In this document: positions 38,221 through 47,248 of the stretch, in pieces
Position numbering within the stretch: position 1 is the first letter of the stretch
Layout: every line of letters starts with the position of its first letter
Origin: a bacterium
GTDB taxonomy: Bacteria; Electryoneota; Electryoneia; Electryoneales; Electryoneaceae
Length of the DNA: 64,000 nt
Reading direction: 5' to 3'
Assembly (NCBI GenBank): GCA_963675295.2
Contig: CAXXKJ010000002.1
Coordinates: forward strand, 3,392,001 to 3,456,000
The notes under the pieces: generated by a model
Seen by the model: the letters and a program-made list of their open reading frames with translations, nothing else
The model's database searches: none
What the model was told of the DNA's origin: nothing
Translations under genes and position numbers: made by a program

Positions 38221-40575
38221 ATGAACCCGCCGGGGCGTGCAACAGTCATCGCGGCAGCCGTGTTTACCGTCGGCCTGCTGCTCGCTCCGGATCAGACACC
38301 GTCGTTGTGGTACCTGCTCCTCCCCGTTGGCGCACTCGTGCTGGCGGGGATTTTTCTGCGTCTGCGTGATCGAATTCCGCAGACGTTACCTGTCATCGCG
38401 CTGATGCTTGCATTCTTCTCCGCCGGGTGGCTGCTCGGCACTCCACAACCCGCACCGTCGATTCCGGAGGGCCGGATCTGGATCGAGGGCACGGTCCGAA
38501 TTCCGATCGAACGGTATGACGAGCGCCTGCGCTACCGTCTCAGCCTGCACCGTTGGTGGGCGGGTGATGCGGGCGGCGAGCTCGACCTCGGCGCGGTGCT
38601 GTACCTGCCGGATTCGCTCGGTGTGAACCTGCAGCCGGGCGAAGAGGTCCAGTTGATCGCGCGGCTGGAACGTTTCCGTGGCCCACGTAACCCCGGCGAC
38701 ATCGACTGGCGCGGCTACTGGGCGAACCGGGACGTTGACGTGATGCTGCGGTCGGTGCGATTCGTCGAACCGTTGGGCATCAACCGGTTCTTCGGCGGCT
38801 GGACACGTCAGGTTGTCGGCGGTTGGCGCTCTGGAATCGATCAGATCATCCGTGAGTACCTCACCCCGCCCGCGCAACCGCTCGCCCAGGCGCTGCTCAT
38901 CGGCGACCGCTCGCACTGGGACGAAACTCTGCACGACCGCATCGCCCTCTCCGGTCTGATGCACCTTTTCGCCATCTCTGGTTTGCACGTCGGCCTGATG
39001 GTGCTGATCGCGGTCAGCGCGTTGTCGGGGCTGGGTTTCGGGCCACGCATCACCTCGCTGCTGGCGTTGCCGTTGCTGTGGCTGCTGGTCCCGTTGACCG
39101 GGGCGAATCCGCCGGTTGTGCGTGCGGCGATCATCATCAGCGTCGCGGTGATCGGACGGGCGTTGCAGCGAAACGCCGACCCGTTCCACATCCTCGCGCT
39201 GGCGTATCTGCTGCTGCTGTCCCTGCGTCCGGGTGGGATTCACGACCCCGGCTTCCAGCTCAGCTTCGCCGGTGCGGCGGGATCGTTGTACGCCGGCACA
39301 CACTACCGTCATCTGCTCTCGCCGACCAGGAAATATGCGGGTTCATTCCGGCGTTGGCTGCACCGTTGGTCGCGACGGTTCATGGTCGCATTTGTGGTCT
39401 CGTTGTACGCGTGGCTGTTCACCGCGCCGGTGCTGGTGGCGCATTTCGGACGCATCGCGCTGCTCGGCCCGGTCGCGACGCTGCCCGCGCTGCTGACGGT
39501 CACCCTTGCGCTGACAGCCGGTTGGGTGATGGTCGCGGTTGGTTGGTGGCCGTGGCTGGCGAGTGTGTTCGGCGCGTCGATGGATATCCTGTTGCGGATG
39601 ACCAGCGGATTGGCGGATCTGGCAAATCTACACCTGCCATCACTGGAATACCTGCCGGTCAGCGCTGCGGTGCTGGCGTCGCTGGTGCTGGTTGTGGTGC
39701 TGATCACGACCCGCCGGATGGTGTCGCAACCCGTGGGCGGCTGGCTGCTGACAACGTTGTTCGCCGCGGTGATCGTGGTCTATGGTTCGTTGTGGCTACC
39801 GGATTCACGGGTTAAGCTGGCAGTGCTCGACGTCGGGCAGGGGGACGCCGTCCTGATCCGTTCCGGCACGCACGCGGTGCTGATCGACAGTGGCCCTGAG
39901 TACTCGCACGCGGTCGCGGATCAACTGCGACGCCTTGGCATTCGTGAACTGGATCTGCTGCTGATTTCGCACGGTGACGCCGACCACTGCGCGGCAGTGC
40001 CGGAGTTGGTCAAACAGGTACAGGTGAAGGCGGCGCTGGTGTCGCCGGTAACACCGCGAGATCGGGCGGGAATGGCAGCGATTCACGCCCTGCGTGAATC
40101 GGGCACCGATGTTCGTCTCGCCCACGCCGGATTGACTGTCTCCGGACCGTGGGGCGAGCTGCTCTGCATCTACCCGCCGTCGCCGGACATCAACCTGGAC
40201 CTCCCCGACAACGCGCAGTCGCTGGTTTGGTTGTGGCATGCGGAGGACGCGGACGCGGTCTTAGCCGGGGACACGCCGGTCGAGGTCGAGCACCAGCTGC
40301 TGTCCAGATTAAGCCTGTCCGAGGTGGATTTGCTGATGGCGGGGCATCACGGCAGTCGCACCTCAACCTCACGAGAGTGGCTGGCAACGTTGAATCCCCG
40401 AGTTGTCGCCATCTCCTGCGGCCGCAACAACCCGCACAGGCACCCAGCACCGGAGCTGCTAGAGCGGATCAATGAACAAGGTGCGGGGATCTTGCGCACT
40501 GATCAGCAGGGTGCGATCCTGTTCGAGGTCCGGGACGGTGTTCTCACCTCGATTACACACGCACACTGGTGGTAG
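38221..40575 (+). CDS. comEC: DNA internalization competence protein ComEC/Rec2
   Basis: RNPG, HLFAISGLHV, GFQLSF, DVGQGD, SHGDADH, HHGS, HRHP. Confidence 0.93.
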   Translation: MNPPGRATVIAAAVFTVGLLLAPDQTPSLWYLLLPVGALVLAGIFLRLRDRIPQTLPVIALMLAFFSAGWLLGTPQPAPSIPEGRIWIEGTVRIPIERYDERLRYRLSLHRWWAGDAGGELDLGAVLYLPDSLGVNLQPGEEVQLIARLERFRGPRNPGDIDWRGYWANRDVDVMLRSVRFVEPLGINRFFGGWTRQVVGGWRSGIDQIIREYLTPPAQPLAQALLIGDRSHWDETLHDRIALSGLMHLFAISGLHVGLMVLIAVSALSGLGFGPRITSLLALPLLWLLVPLTGANPPVVRAAIIISVAVIGRALQRNADPFHILALAYLLLLSLRPGGIHDPGFQLSFAGAAGSLYAGTHYRHLLSPTRKYAGSFRRWLHRWSRRFMVAFVVSLYAWLFTAPVLVAHFGRIALLGPVATLPALLTVTLALTAGWVMVAVGWWPWLASVFGASMDILLRMTSGLADLANLHLPSLEYLPVSAAVLASLVLVVVLITTRRMVSQPVGGWLLTTLFAAVIVVYGSLWLPDSRVKLAVLDVGQGDAVLIRSGTHAVLIDSGPEYSHAVADQLRRLGIRELDLLLISHGDADHCAAVPELVKQVQVKAALVSPVTPRDRAGMAAIHALRESGTDVRLAHAGLTVSGPWGELLCIYPPSPDINLDLPDNAQSLVWLWHAEDADAVLAGDTPVEVEHQLLSRLSLSEVDLLMAGHHGSRTSTSREWLATLNPRVVAISCGRNNPHRHPAPELLERINEQGAGILRTDQQGAILFEVRDGVLTSITHAHWW

Positions 40576-40590
40576 AAACGGCAGTCACTC

Positions 40591-40718
40591 GTCTCTTGTC
40601 CCTCGTCTCTCGTCCTTCGTCGTTGGTCTCTCGGTGCCTTGGCGGTCGACTTTCGACTTTCGACTGGCTGTCTCTGTACTTTCTTTCGACTCAACACTCA
40701 CAACTCATCACTCACAAC
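40591..40718. repeat. Heptamer tandem-repeat array
   Basis: GTCYYTY x4, GACTTTC x2 and ACTCA-type x4 blocks. Confidence 0.75.
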
Positions 40719-40731
40719 AGTCGTTTCCGCC

Positions 40732-41595
40732 ATGCCTGACAACCTGATCTACGTCCAGACTTCCCCCACCGTCAACCTGTGTGTCCGTTCGCAGCAAGGT
40801 CAGTATGACATGCCGACCGTGCTATTCGTCCACGGCCTCGGCGATTCGTCCCTGTGCTGGAAACCGTTCTACCAGCGGAACGATCTGCTCGATTTCACCC
40901 TGCTCGCGCCGGACTTGCCCGGCTATGGCCGCACGCGTTTGTCCAAGGGTACCGGCGGCGGCATCGCGGCACATGTGGAGCACCTCCGTTCGCTGATCGA
41001 GGAAATCGTCGGCGGCCCGTTGCTGGTGGTCGGTCATTCGCTGGGTGGATTGATCGCGACGTACCTCGTGCGAGCACTCGAGCAAGCCGGAGCAAAACCA
41101 TCGGACGAGCGGGTACACGAACCGGTCCGTCTGATCGGACTGATCAACGTCGAGGGCAACCTTACCGGCGCGGACGCGTTCATCTCCAGCCGTGCGACCA
41201 AGGCCGACCAGCGTGGCCACTTTGACGAGTGGTATCAGGCGTTTGTCCGTACCAGCTACGAAGGCCTGTGGGCGGAGGCGAATCCGCACCTGAAGCACTA
41301 TCCGGATTCGCTGCGCATGGCTGATCCGGCGGCATTTCTGGCCGATTGCCACGAGATGGTCGCATTGAAAACCCGCACCGACAACGACAGCGGCGAGAAC
41401 GAAGCCGGCGGTGAATACCTCAAGATCCGCGCGCCGAAACTGTATGTCTACGGCACCGAGTCAATCCCTCAAATTACGCTGGATTTCATCGCGCGCAACG
41501 AACTGAACAAGGTCGCGGTTGACGGCGCCGGACACTGGGCGATGCATGACGATCCGGATCGTTTCGTGAACCTTTTACTGGAGTGGCTGCGATGA
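40732..41595 (+). CDS. Alpha/beta hydrolase
   Basis: FVHGLG, DLPGYG, GHSLGG nucleophile elbow, GAGHW. Confidence 0.9.
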   Translation: MPDNLIYVQTSPTVNLCVRSQQGQYDMPTVLFVHGLGDSSLCWKPFYQRNDLLDFTLLAPDLPGYGRTRLSKGTGGGIAAHVEHLRSLIEEIVGGPLLVVGHSLGGLIATYLVRALEQAGAKPSDERVHEPVRLIGLINVEGNLTGADAFISSRATKADQRGHFDEWYQAFVRTSYEGLWAEANPHLKHYPDSLRMADPAAFLADCHEMVALKTRTDNDSGENEAGGEYLKIRAPKLYVYGTESIPQITLDFIARNELNKVAVDGAGHWAMHDDPDRFVNLLLEWLR

Positions 41596-42383
41596 GTGTT
41601 GATCCGACACCGTGGAAGCCGGACACGTCCAATCGTCCCGAGATGCGGGTAATCTTCGAGATGTTTCGTGGTCTTCCGCGTCAGGGCCCGGGCAGTGACG
41701 AACACACCTTACGTGCCTGGTCGTTGCTCAAAAACTTACCGCGCCGGCCTGAAATTCTGAATGTTGGCTGCGGGACCGGCGGGGACGCGTTGGCGATCGC
41801 GCGCGGCCATGACGTCCGCACTACCTGCATCGACATTGACCAGCCGAGTCTGGATGTCCTCGCCCGACGCGCAGCGGAGGGCGGCATCCCGGAACGGATC
41901 ACCCCGATCAACCAGACGCTCACCGATCTCAGCCGGTTCGCGGATCGAAGCTTTGATGTATTGTGGGCGGAAGGGTCGATTTTCATCTACGGCTTTGCCA
42001 AGGCGCTGCAGAACTGGAAACGGCTGCTAAGGCCGCGCGGCTACTTCGTGATCTCGGACGTGGTCTGGACCACAGACAATCGTCCCCGGGAAGCGGTTGA
42101 TTTCTGGAATGTCGGCTATCCGGACCTGGAGTCCGTTGAGGAACGAATCCGCCTGATCCATTCCTCTGGCTATGATCTCATCGACCATTTTTCGCTGCCG
42201 GAACGTTGCTGGTGGGATGTCTGCTACACACCGATGGAGAACAACCTGCCGGCATTGCGGGAGAAATACCGTGATGATGCCGACGCGCTGTTGGAAATCG
42301 AAGAAGCCCAGGCCGAGATCAACCTGTTCCGTAAGTATTCGAACGCCTATGGGTACGAGTTCTTCGTGATGCGGCTGCCATGA
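41592..42383 (+). CDS. Class I SAM-dependent methyltransferase
   Basis: RQGPGS, ILNVGCGTG, FDVLWAEGSI, YGYEFFV. Confidence 0.9.
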   Translation: MSVDPTPWKPDTSNRPEMRVIFEMFRGLPRQGPGSDEHTLRAWSLLKNLPRRPEILNVGCGTGGDALAIARGHDVRTTCIDIDQPSLDVLARRAAEGGIPERITPINQTLTDLSRFADRSFDVLWAEGSIFIYGFAKALQNWKRLLRPRGYFVISDVVWTTDNRPREAVDFWNVGYPDLESVEERIRLIHSSGYDLIDHFSLPERCWWDVCYTPMENNLPALREKYRDDADALLEIEEAQAEINLFRKYSNAYGYEFFVMRLP

Positions 42384-42477
42384 CCGGTGTCGCCGTCTCT
42401 CCGGTCGCCCGGATAGCGCGATCTGTTACTATCTTTTGTCAAATTCGACATTCTTAACCTGACCTGCGGAGACTCGC

Positions 42478-43062
42478 GTGGAAGAGACCGGGCTGGTGGT
42501 GTCACCGAATCAGATCGAAAGCCGTTTGTTCATGATTCGCGGCGAACGTGTCATCATTGACCGTGACCTCGCGGAACTGTACGGCGTTGAAACTCGGCGG
42601 CTGAACGAGCAGGTCCGCCGCAACGAACAACGCTTCCCCGCCGACTTTGTCTTCAAGCTGAATGCCGAGGAAAAAGCCGCGGTGCTTGAAGCCGCTGAAC
42701 ACCTGCAGCCATTAAAGTATTCGCGTGCGCTACCGTTGGCGTACACGGAACGTGGAGCGTTGATGGCGGCAACGGTGCTCGATTCGGAATCGGCTGAAGA
42801 TGCAATGGTGATGATGATCCGCTCGTTCGTGCAGATGCGGGATCAAGCCCTGTCCACCAACCAGCTCACCACCGGGCTGCAGTTTCTCAATCAACGCATG
42901 GAACGCACCGAGAAACAGCAGATCCTGCTGCTCACGATGATCAAGGATATCCTCTCGCCTCCGAAGGAAGTGCCCGTGCCGAAGAAACGCCGGATCGGAT
43001 TTGGAGTCGAAGATGAACCGGAAGAGGTCGCGGAAGATACGAATACGCAGGAAACCGAATAA
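42478..43062 (+). CDS. ORF6N-domain DNA-binding protein
   Basis: IRGERVIIDRDLAELYGVETRRLNEQVRRN..RFPADF, AYTERG, C-terminal RRIGF. Confidence 0.9.
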   Translation: MEETGLVVSPNQIESRLFMIRGERVIIDRDLAELYGVETRRLNEQVRRNEQRFPADFVFKLNAEEKAAVLEAAEHLQPLKYSRALPLAYTERGALMAATVLDSESAEDAMVMMIRSFVQMRDQALSTNQLTTGLQFLNQRMERTEKQQILLLTMIKDILSPPKEVPVPKKRRIGFGVEDEPEEVAEDTNTQETE

Positions 43063-43104
43063 CAGAAATGGTTTGTACGGTTGGCAGCACAGCGAAAGGA
43101 TGAT

Positions 43105-43329
43105 TCAGAGACGGTTGATCAGATCATCAACTGTCCAACCGATCCCGCGCAAAATCGCCTTTACAGTACCTGGTCGCATGTCTTTGTTGTGATCGGGCAC
43201 CGTTGCTCGCCGACCATCCTCGTGGACCAGAATGACATGGCTTCCACGTTGACGTTGTTTGGAAAATCCAGCTTTACGCAATACCTGGATTAACTGTCTC
43301 GATTTGACAACGGGTAATTGTGGGGACAT
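43105..43329 (-). CDS. hicA: HicA-family toxin (mRNA interferase)
   Basis: LRKAGF..QRGSH...TVPDH..GTVKAIL. Confidence 0.92.
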   Translation of the reverse strand: MSPQLPVVKSRQLIQVLRKAGFSKQRQRGSHVILVHEDGRRATVPDHNKDMRPGTVKAILRGIGWTVDDLINRL

Positions 43330-43332
43330 GGT

Positions 43333-43575
43333 TTATACCGCGACCGCAACATGCCCAAGGAAGGGGGATTGACTGGAAGAATCGTCTTCCAACGGTAGAG
43401 GCCGTCCTTCTTCGCGGAGTGAATCGAGATACAGTTCAATGGCTTCACGTATCATCCGCTGCGCCTCCTCCAACGTATCCCCTTCACTGACACATCCCGG
43501 CAATGCAGGCACATAAACAGTGAATCCACCATCCTCGGCGGGTTCAAACACCACGGTGTATTTGAATTCCTTCAT
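43333..43575 (-). CDS. hicB: HicB-family antitoxin (short form)
   Basis: GGFTVYVPALPGCVSEGDTLEEA...REAIELYL. Confidence 0.92.
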   Translation of the reverse strand: MKEFKYTVVFEPAEDGGFTVYVPALPGCVSEGDTLEEAQRMIREAIELYLDSLREEGRPLPLEDDSSSQSPFLGHVAVAV

Positions 43576-43654
43576 CAGCGGCCTCTCTCAATTCTGAATC
43601 TCACCGGTTAATATACGACAAACCCTCCTTCATCGAAGGCGGGTATGTGTTTTT

Positions 43655-43685
43655 CTCAAGACTCAGGACTCAAGACTCAGGACTG
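43655..43685. repeat. Heptamer tandem repeat (CTCARGA)x4
   Basis: ctcaaga ctcagga ctcaaga ctcagga ctg, directly after the gatD stop. Confidence 0.8.
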
Positions 43686-43693
43686 TCTTTCCA

Positions 43694-45160
43694 TCACACC
43701 TGATGATGCTTGAAGTAGTCTTCGAGTTCCGGCAGGCCGCCCTGGAAGACGAGGTAGCCGTCGAACGGTTCCCGCTCAGTGATCTCGCCGTTGACCGGGG
43801 TGGTCATCATCCGTCTCACTTCGGCGGGATCCTCTGTCTGGCCCAGCACCCAGCCGAGCTTCACGTATGCCACTTCCGGCAGCATGTTCGCCAACGGTGT
43901 AACACCGATTTCCATGATGTCGCGGCCGGTATCGTACACGTACATCTGGACATAGCCCCAGAGAGTCTGCACGGTCATGAAGATGTGCACACCGGCTTCC
44001 ACCGCCCGTCGCAATGCCGGGAACAGCGGCCGGTTGACATGGCCGAGGCCGGTACCGGCGATGACAATGCCCTTGTAGCCGGCGTCCACCATCGCATCCA
44101 CGATATCCGCCTGCATGTTCGGGTAGTACCACAGCAACGTGACCTTTTCCTCGAAGGAAGTGTTCAGCACCGGCTTGCGGTTCATGTCACGGTGGATGTA
44201 CGCGTTCTCCTCCTTGATCGGCACGAATCCGTCCTGACTCACACGTGCAATCGGGGTGTCGCTCAGCGAACGGAAGGTGCTGCGGTAGGACGAGTGCATC
44301 TTGCGCACCCGTGTCCCGCGATGCAGCAGGCCGTAATTATCCGAGGTCGGGCCATACATGCAGACCATCACCTCGCCCAAATCGCCCTCAGCGGCGGTTT
44401 TCACTGCACGCAGCAGGTTGAAGGCGGCGTCCGAGGACGGCCGGTCGGACGAGCGCTGGCTGCCGACAACCACCACCGGGCACGGCAGGTTCTGCACCAT
44501 GAACGTCAATGCCGCAGCGGTGTAGTGCATGGTGTCGGTGCCGTGTCCGACGACGACGCCATTCACGTTGGAGTTGTTGATCTCATCGACAACCGCTTCT
44601 GCAACTTTCTTCCAGTGCATCGGGCCGATGTTCTCGCTGAACTCGCCGAAGATCTTCTTCGTGTTCATGTTCGCGATGTCGGCCAGTTCCGGCACCGCGC
44701 CGTACAGTTCGCCCGGGCTGAACGCCGGAATCACCGCGCCGGTGCGGTAATCGAGACGGCTGGCGATGGTGCCGCCGGTGCCGAGCAGGATGACATTCGG
44801 TTTTGCCGGATCCTTGGGAAATTCCTTCTCCGGGATCTTGTAATTGGCTTTGCGATAGCCGAGCACCTCGATGTGCTTGATCGACTCGGACTTGATGCCA
44901 ACGTTGTACCCGTTGTACGTCAGCTTGATCACCAGGTGTTTGTCATCGGCGGTTTCGCTGCGTGGCAGCAGAATGCCGACAAAGTCGCCCTGATCAGTGG
45001 TCGCGTTGACTTCGCACCACACCCGCGCGCCGGTCGTTTCCAGCACCGCACGGCTGTAGCCACGGTAGCCCTTGTAATCTTCTGCCGGATCCAGCTCGGG
45101 GAGAGTGACACCCTCGACCACCGAACCGGTCGCCTTGATCTCGAACGTTGTTTCGCTCAT
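43694..45160 (-). CDS. gatD: Glu-tRNA(Gln) amidotransferase subunit D (archaeal-type GatD)
   Basis: N-terminal GILLPR...KLTYNGYNVGI domain plus asparaginase core GTGGTIASRLDYRTGAV, HGTDTMHY, GSQRSSDRPSSD, RKMHSS, GEI. Confidence 0.9.
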   Translation of the reverse strand: MSETTFEIKATGSVVEGVTLPELDPAEDYKGYRGYSRAVLETTGARVWCEVNATTDQGDFVGILLPRSETADDKHLVIKLTYNGYNVGIKSESIKHIEVLGYRKANYKIPEKEFPKDPAKPNVILLGTGGTIASRLDYRTGAVIPAFSPGELYGAVPELADIANMNTKKIFGEFSENIGPMHWKKVAEAVVDEINNSNVNGVVVGHGTDTMHYTAAALTFMVQNLPCPVVVVGSQRSSDRPSSDAAFNLLRAVKTAAEGDLGEVMVCMYGPTSDNYGLLHRGTRVRKMHSSYRSTFRSLSDTPIARVSQDGFVPIKEENAYIHRDMNRKPVLNTSFEEKVTLLWYYPNMQADIVDAMVDAGYKGIVIAGTGLGHVNRPLFPALRRAVEAGVHIFMTVQTLWGYVQMYVYDTGRDIMEIGVTPLANMLPEVAYVKLGWVLGQTEDPAEVRRMMTTPVNGEITEREPFDGYLVFQGGLPELEDYFKHHQV

Positions 45161-45285
45161 CGTCGTCTCAATGGGATTTTGGTCGCTGAGGCGGTAACGT
45201 ACGCGCCCGCGTGCAAACTCGCAAACGCCTCCAGAATCCGAGTTGCGCGTCTGGGTACGGCTGGGTACATTTGTGTCTCGTTAAC

Positions 45286-45357
<72 letters not shown>

Positions 45358-45364
45358 CTCGTAT

Positions 45365-45752
45365 GCTGTGAGCTGTGAGCTGTGAGCTGTGAGCAAGGTG
45401 AGGTTAGCTCCACACAATGTTGGGGACACTTTCTCCGAAAGTGTCCCCGTTTTCGTGGTTGATCGGCGCCTGCCGAACCGGGAATCGCCATCGTCGTGCC
45501 CCAGACATTCATGTCTGGGATCATCGCACCCGGAATCGTGTGACTATCCCGACTTGCAAGCAAGTCGGGGCAGACACATCTTTGGTGTCGGTTGTCGGTG
45601 GTCGGTGGTCGGTGGTTTGGGTTTTATCATAGCCCACAGCCCATAGCCCGGTTTCAGTGGTCTTTGGGTGTTGCCAGAGCCCACAGCCCAGAGCCCCGAG
45701 CCCCAAGCCCGGTTTTCAGCCGAGAGACGAGAGACAAGAGACAAGAGACGAG
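45365..45752. repeat. Composite intergenic repeat region: heptamer arrays plus palindromes
   Basis: (GCTGTGA)x4; ggggacactttc-tcc-gaaagtgtcccc (45422-45448); cccgacttg-caag-caagtcggg (45548-45569); GTCGGTG-type, AGCCCA-type and GAGACAA-type blocks. Confidence 0.88.
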
Positions 45753-45758
45753 TCACCG

Positions 45759-47075
45759 ATGTCCCACAAACCCATGATCGCAATTGTCGGCCGGCCGAAT
45801 GTCGGCAAGTCGACCCTGTTCAACCGTCTGCTGCGCAAGCGGGTGGCGATTGAGCACGATGTTCCGGGCGTCACCCGTGACCGTCTGCACGGCGATCTCG
45901 AGTGGAACGGCGTCTGGTTTACGCTCGTCGACACCGGCGGCCTGATGACACAGGCGCAGGAGGAGATGGACGCACTGGTCTCCGCAGCCGCCGAAGCCGC
46001 CATTGATCAGGCGGACAAGATTGTGTTCGTCGCTGACGGCAAGCGCGGCCTTTCCGACCTCGACACGCAGATCGCGCGCAAGGTGTTGCGTCACAACAAA
46101 CCGGTCATTCTGGCGGTGACCAAGATCGACACCAACGCCGACATCGCCGACATCTACGACTACTATTCGCTGGGACTGGGCGATCCGATTCCGGTCAGCG
46201 GTACCTCCGGCCTCAACACCGGCGACCTGCTTGACGCTATGGTGGAAGGGATTGAGCACGGCCCGGTTGATGAAGACAAAGAAGCGATTCACCTCGCGAT
46301 TCTCGGGCGTCCGAATGTTGGCAAGTCCTCCCTGGTCAACAAACTTCTCGGCCAGGATGTCCAGATTGTCACCGACATTCCGGGCACCACCCGTGATGCG
46401 ATCGACTACACGGTGATCCACAACGAGCGCAAGATCGTGCTGGTGGATACAGCCGGGATGCGTCGCAAGCACCTCACCGGCCGGTCGGAAGAACTGGACT
46501 ACTACACCGCGTTGCGGACGATTCGTGCGCTGGAACGGTGTGACGTCGCCGCGATCCTGATCGACTCCCAGGATGGGTTGACCCAGTACGAACGCCGCCT
46601 GTTTGACGAGATCCGGCACAAGGGCAAGGGTATGCTCGCGCTCTACAACAAATGGGACCTGGTCGAGAAGGATGAGATGACCTACAAGCGTGTGCTCGAT
46701 CAGTTCCGGGATGACCTTCCTGACCTGTCATTCGTGCCGCTCGAGTTCATCTCGGCCAAGACCGGCAAGCGCACCAACATCGTGCTCGACCGCGCAATCG
46801 AAATCGCCGACCGGCGCGCGGATCGCATTCCGACTTCGAAGCTGAACCGTTTCTTCGAGACCGTCTTCGAACGCACTCCTCCGCCCTCGATCAAGGGCAA
46901 GTGGCTGCGGATGAAGTACATGAGCCAGGTGGCGACCAGCCCGCCGGTCATCTCGTTCTTCCTCAACCACCCGGAGCTGATGCCGGACCATTACAAGCGC
47001 TTCCTCGAACGCCGTTTCCGTGAGGAGTACGGCTTCGAAGGTGTCCCGGTGCGGATCGTCTTCCGGCAGAAGTGA
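45759..47075 (+). CDS. der: Ribosome biogenesis GTPase Der (EngA)
   Basis: Two GRPNVGKS P-loops, GVTRD/GTTRD, DTGG/DTAG, C-terminal KH-like domain. Confidence 0.97.
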   Translation: MSHKPMIAIVGRPNVGKSTLFNRLLRKRVAIEHDVPGVTRDRLHGDLEWNGVWFTLVDTGGLMTQAQEEMDALVSAAAEAAIDQADKIVFVADGKRGLSDLDTQIARKVLRHNKPVILAVTKIDTNADIADIYDYYSLGLGDPIPVSGTSGLNTGDLLDAMVEGIEHGPVDEDKEAIHLAILGRPNVGKSSLVNKLLGQDVQIVTDIPGTTRDAIDYTVIHNERKIVLVDTAGMRRKHLTGRSEELDYYTALRTIRALERCDVAAILIDSQDGLTQYERRLFDEIRHKGKGMLALYNKWDLVEKDEMTYKRVLDQFRDDLPDLSFVPLEFISAKTGKRTNIVLDRAIEIADRRADRIPTSKLNRFFETVFERTPPPSIKGKWLRMKYMSQVATSPPVISFFLNHPELMPDHYKRFLERRFREEYGFEGVPVRIVFRQK

Positions 47076-47248
47076 AAAAACGGGCTGTGGACTGTGGACT
47101 GCGTGGCCCGACATGGTGCTGCTGCCATGTCGCGTGTCATGACCTTGCGGATCGCAGACTCCGGGCGATGATGTACCCCTGACCCAGTAAACCATCGGAG
47201 CCGCGTCCGCAAGCGGACACGGGCACTTCCAATCCCTACCTTCCGTCC

